This document shows positions 58,690 through 64,000 of a stretch of 64,000 nucleotides of DNA, in pieces. The position numbers and the translations under genes were made by a program. Source of the DNA: Octopus vulgaris. Its lineage: Eukaryota. The stretch is taken from the NCBI GenBank assembly GCA_951406725.2, contig OX597815.1, forward strand, positions 46,190,001 to 46,254,000, given 5' to 3'. Position 1 is the first letter of the stretch. Every line of letters begins with the position of its first letter. The notes under the pieces were generated by a model. The model had not been told where the DNA came from, ran no database searches, and saw nothing but the letters and a program-made list of their open reading frames with translations.

Positions 58690-59361
58690 ATCACAGCTAG
58701 CAATCTTTGCTTCCGGCATTCTTGGTTTGTTGCATGAATTGGCCATATACTTCCATTTCTTTCCATTTGTTTATTCTGTTGTTTTTCATTTTCTTTTCAT
58801 TTTCTCCTATTGTTTCAGTAATTTTTGGGGTATTTCTGGTTGCCAAAAGTATTCTCTCTTTACTCTGCACATCACAATTTTTCAGATCTGGTGTCGCAGT
58901 ACCCACAACGTTTTCCCACGTTTAGTAATCCTCCACCATTTTCCCTTCTTTGTAGATAGAGTTGGTCGGTGTAACCTTCAGGATGGAGTGCGTTGTGCAT
59001 TGTTAGGCGCTTTGTAATCCTATCCAAGTTCTGCAGTTCGACCTTTGACCAATACAGAAAGAGAGCAGAGTATCTCAGTAATGGCATTGCTCATGTATTT
59101 ATGGCTCTTACGATGTTCCCTCCATTTAATTTTGTTTCGAGCGCCTTCCTAATTCTCCTCTGGTGTTCTTTAGTCACTTTCTCTCTCATTTCTCATTCCA
59201 TTACTTTATCGTTTTGCAGCACTTCCAGGTATTTGTATCCTTCATTATTCCACAGCGATCTAATGATGTTGTTTTGTGGTAATTTTACGTCATCAAAGAT
59301 TCTCTTCCGGCCTCTCTTCATAATTAGTAGTCTGCATTTATTTACACCAAACTACATTCCA
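58690..59361 (-). mobile_element. R4/Dong-like LINE RT C-terminal fragment
   Basis: YKYL; ELQNLDRITKRLTMHNALHP; LYL.R..GG.GL-like motif. Confidence 0.8.
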
Positions 59362-59788
59362 GTTCCGTAGGAACCGACATTATTGCTTTTTAACCCCAGC
59401 AGGAGGCCTCCTCCATCTGTTTATTCGATGAGATATGCACCCGATATATATTGCAAGCAAGGGAGTGAACTCCTACCATCTCCACCACAAAACAACCTGA
59501 CCATACGATTTTGCCCTCTTTGTGGTTATCCTCGGTGTTGGATGTCATTTGTTTGCTATATATTGCGTGCTGGAGTGAACTATTGCCATCTCTAGTGGAC
59601 AAGTATCCATCACCGAGGATGACCTCAAAGAGGTCGAAACCGTACGGTCTGGTGGTCTTGTGGCTGAAAGATGGTAGGGGCTCACTCCCATATTTGCAAT
59701 ATATATCGGGTGCAGATTGCATGGAATAACCAGCTGGAGGTGGTGTCTTCCTTGTGTTAAAAAGCAGTAATGTCGGTTCGTACGGAAC
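59362..59788. mobile_element. ~430-bp Penelope-like fold-back with hammerhead motifs
   Basis: ~190-bp inverted arms from gttccgtaggaaccgacatta.tgcttttt to aaaaagcagtaatgtcggttcgtacggaac. Confidence 0.85.
59608..59654 (+). ncRNA. Minimal type I hammerhead-like ribozyme, CCGAGGA core
   Basis: catca-CCGAGGA-t-gacctc(aaa)gaggtc-GAAA-ccgtacgg-TC-tggtg; decayed inverted copy at ~59493-59541. Confidence 0.8.
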
Positions 59789-59847
59789 AGTCAACTTCTC
59801 AGTATAATTACTATTTATAGACATCTTCTTAACTAGCTAATTTGCTC

Positions 59848-60225
<378 letters not shown>

Positions 60226-60257
60226 TTATATATGTATATATATATATATATATATAC

Positions 60258-60292
<35 letters not shown>

Positions 60293-60784
60293 GAAACACA
60301 CACATATATCTATATATACGTACACTCACATATTTGCGTGCATTTATACATGCATACATCCATCCATCCTTCCACACCTACCTACCTACCTACCTACCTA
60401 CCCACCTACCTACCTACCTAACTACCTACCTACCTACCTACCTACCTACATACATACATACATACATACATACAAACATACTTACATACATAAATACATA
60501 CACGTGTTTTTGAGCGTTTGTAAGCGCTGTTTAATAAACCAGGTAAAGACAGCGAGTTCCATTTCTACTTTGTTTCTTTTTTTTGTTTTTCCTCTGGCTC
60601 AGGGAAGTAAGGGTAATTCACATATATTTTTCCAGGCCCTCCGAAATTGATGGGCGGAGCACCATATCGACTTGACCCAAATATTCACAATAATATCATC
60701 CATTAATGGAACTATACGGCTAGCCAAGTAATTGGCGTGAAACCACGTGCTGGATTAAGTTTGCAACTTAAGAACCATATATAG

Positions 60785-60838
<54 letters not shown>

Positions 60839-60885
60839 ACACATATTTATAGAGACACATAAACACACACAAACACATACACATA

Positions 60886-61047
60886 GGCGCAGGCGTGTCT
60901 GTATAGTAAGAAACTTGCTTGCCAACCACGGGTTCAGTCCCACTACTGCGTAGCACCTTCGGAAATTATATTCTACTATAGCCTCGGGCCGACCAAAGCC
61001 TTGTCAGTGGATTTGGTAGACGGAAACTGAAAGAAGCTCGTCGTATA

Positions 61048-61118
<71 letters not shown>

Positions 61119-61345
61119 ATGTATATGTGTGTATATGTTTGTGTGTCTGTATTTGTCCCCCCAACATCGCTTGACAACCAATGCTGGTGTGTTTACGTCA
61201 CCGTAACTTAGCGGTTCGGCAAAAGAGACCGATAGAATAAGTACTAGGCTTACAAAGAATAAGTCCTGGGGTCGATTTGCTCGACTAAAGGCGGTGCTCC
61301 AGCATGGCCACAGTCAAATGACTGAAACAAGTAAAAGAGTAAAAG
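60886..61345 (+). mobile_element. SINE family A
   Basis: Consensus match. Confidence 0.92.
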
Positions 61346-61349
61346 GATA

Positions 61350-61798
<449 letters not shown>

Positions 61799-62517
61799 CA
61801 GTTGTTCTCCGCCATTTTTTAGTTATGGATCTCTTTGTTTCCCGTTTATTCATGTGAACCTGCTTAGCCATTTGATGTTTAAAAATCTTATCATACTTTT
61901 ATAATTAAATATTTGGAATTGTATAAAAATGGTTGTTAAAATATTGTCTATTGTAGATGTATAACCGATTTGAATGCACATAATTTTTAACAACACAATT
62001 TTATATGGATTTATAAGGGCCATATGAACCCCGATTGAGAACCAGTGATATAAATACATTCCATCTGTCGTGGTTCCGTACAGTTTAGTTACAGAGCTTT
62101 GAGTACCCCGTGCTCAAAGTATCATGCAGCAGAGTTAAACCTACAACCTGTTGGTTGCGAAGTGAACTTTTAAACCACATAGCCAAGCCTTACAGCGTCA
62201 ATGACTCGTTGCAACTTGTATGATTGATACATTTTCTTCTTTATATATGCATTTTTTTCTTAAGCTGCTTTTTCATTCATGAAAATATTTCATTTATTTA
62301 TTTATTTATTTATTTATTTATTCTTTTGTGTTCTCGTCCGTTCATTCATTCATTCGTTCATTCGCTCATTTCTCTCACACGTTTTATAAAAAATGAATAA
62401 AAAAACCTTTCAATATTCAAGTGAAGCGCAACCACAGCGACTCTAAGTAACAATAAGTCTCCTAGCAATACCACAATTATATAGTAAAGACTACTTCCCG
62501 ATACCACCACTACCGAA

Positions 62518-62564
<47 letters not shown>

Positions 62565-62780
62565 AACTACTTCTGCTGCTGCTTTATCATCGATGTCAGC
62601 ATCACCTTACTTCCATCACCACCAGCACCACCACAATAATCCCCATAAAACATCTCTACCATTCTTAACACTGGCACTACTACATTCTCAACAACCCCCA
62701 GTACAAATAGACCTGTAAAATCACCATGATCTCCAACTGTAACTCATGGACTCTCCCGTCGAAGACGACGTTCAAATGTA

Positions 62781-63211
62781 AGAGGTCTGATCAATAATTA
62801 TCTGGACTGTTGCCATAGTAACGAAGCCAAAGCACGCAGAGTAAAGCCACTTGACAAAGATTAACATTGAACTCTGCTGTTCATGCGCACTAAGTTTTAT
62901 TGTTGTAGTTCACTTCCGCTGTTCACAGCATTGTTTGGAAGGAAGGTGTGTTGCGCGTGATCGTCGCATTGACCATAACAGAGAAAGTTGTCATGGCGAT
63001 CCCTGCTCAGAGGCCTACGCAAAGTTGCAGAAAGTGTATGGAGAGGAGTATATGAGCCGCACAAAAGTGTACGAGTGGTTCAGTCGTTTCCAATATGGCT
63101 GAAAAATGTCGATATTGACGAAAGTTCTGAGAGACCCGCAACCAGCAGTACTGAGAAAAACATCGCAGATGTACGTGCAACTATGAAATGATACTAATTG
63201 ATCAGACCACG
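62781..63211 (+). mobile_element. Non-autonomous mariner deletion derivative
   Basis: TIRs agaggtctgatcaataattat / atactaattgatcagaccacg; TA flanks; peptide LQKVYGEEYMSRTKVYEWFSRF (mariner HTH). Confidence 0.88.
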
Positions 63212-63533
63212 TATGTATTGTCCGTGGATAGAAATGCCTACGGAAAAAACCATGGGAACCTTGGGCAATAGTGTCATGCAAAAAGAAAACACATTACAGT
63301 AAGTGGCTCTCTTTTTTCCTTTCGTTTTTCTTTTTTTTTTCTTTTGGTTCATAGGGTTATGCTCAAGCTGGCCCCGTCATTCATACGTACTATCATTGCT
63401 ACATTAACCCATCTTTTTTTGAAGCATTCACTAGACAAAACTTCCCTCTCTACTCTCACCTTCCTCTTCAAGTGATACTTGAGTGATTGACCAGAGAGGA
63501 AAGTGTTTGTCTCTAGACCTTTCAGACACGTCC

Positions 63534-63691
<158 letters not shown>

Positions 63692-64000
63692 CGAGGAATT
63701 ATCAATCTGGGCAAAATGCTTCATAAGCTCTCTGTTGACACACTAGACTAACAGTATCATTTAGATTAGTGAAGAACCTCGGGTATTCTTATGGCATGTT
63801 CGAAGGTCATGGTTCGTCACAATTCCATATTGTAAAACCGTGGATGTGCTCCAGACAAACTGGTTTTACACAGAGGGATAAAATAGACTAATTAAGTGTA
63901 CGTATCAGTAATGTACCTATACCGACAACTGAAAACAGCTGTAAGCCAAATTTGCTCTAATAAAGGAAACATACATGTAATGACCAATATTTCAAACTTG

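Noticed and set aside
63925-63950. gaaaacagctgtaag hammerhead 3'-half look-alike (similar at ~1797 and ~57310)
   Set aside because: No upstream C(U/C)GANGA or stem II found

Overview
AT-rich, extremely microsatellite-rich animal DNA with no recognisable host protein-coding exon, so intronic or intergenic. The SINE families point to a coleoid cephalopod, most likely Octopus (inference from recalled family features). Nearly all ORFs in the track are translated microsatellites. Real content: more than 30 copies of three tRNA-derived SINE families; a TIR-bounded dead Tc1 element; mariner/maT/hAT relics and MITEs; RTE and R4/Dong LINE fragments; a ~1.8 kb ORF1-only L1/Tx1-like element inserted with a 15-bp TSD into a SINE tRNA head; and many small Penelope-like (pLTR-type) fold-back or direct-repeat elements, mostly in (TA)n tracts. 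The main discovery is that these small elements carry about ten hammerhead-ribozyme-like motifs, in three kinds: (i) minimal type I motifs with palindromic stem III and a recurrent non-canonical CCGANGA core (11282, 45164/44962, 59608); (ii) an ultra-minimal CUGUNGA variant (39620, 60093); (iii) a candidate rearranged, non-circularly permuted hammerhead with covarying helices in sequence-divergent elements (42067, 11925, and a copy at 50837 truncated at the predicted cleavage site). All structures were parsed by eye; none was folded computationally or tested.
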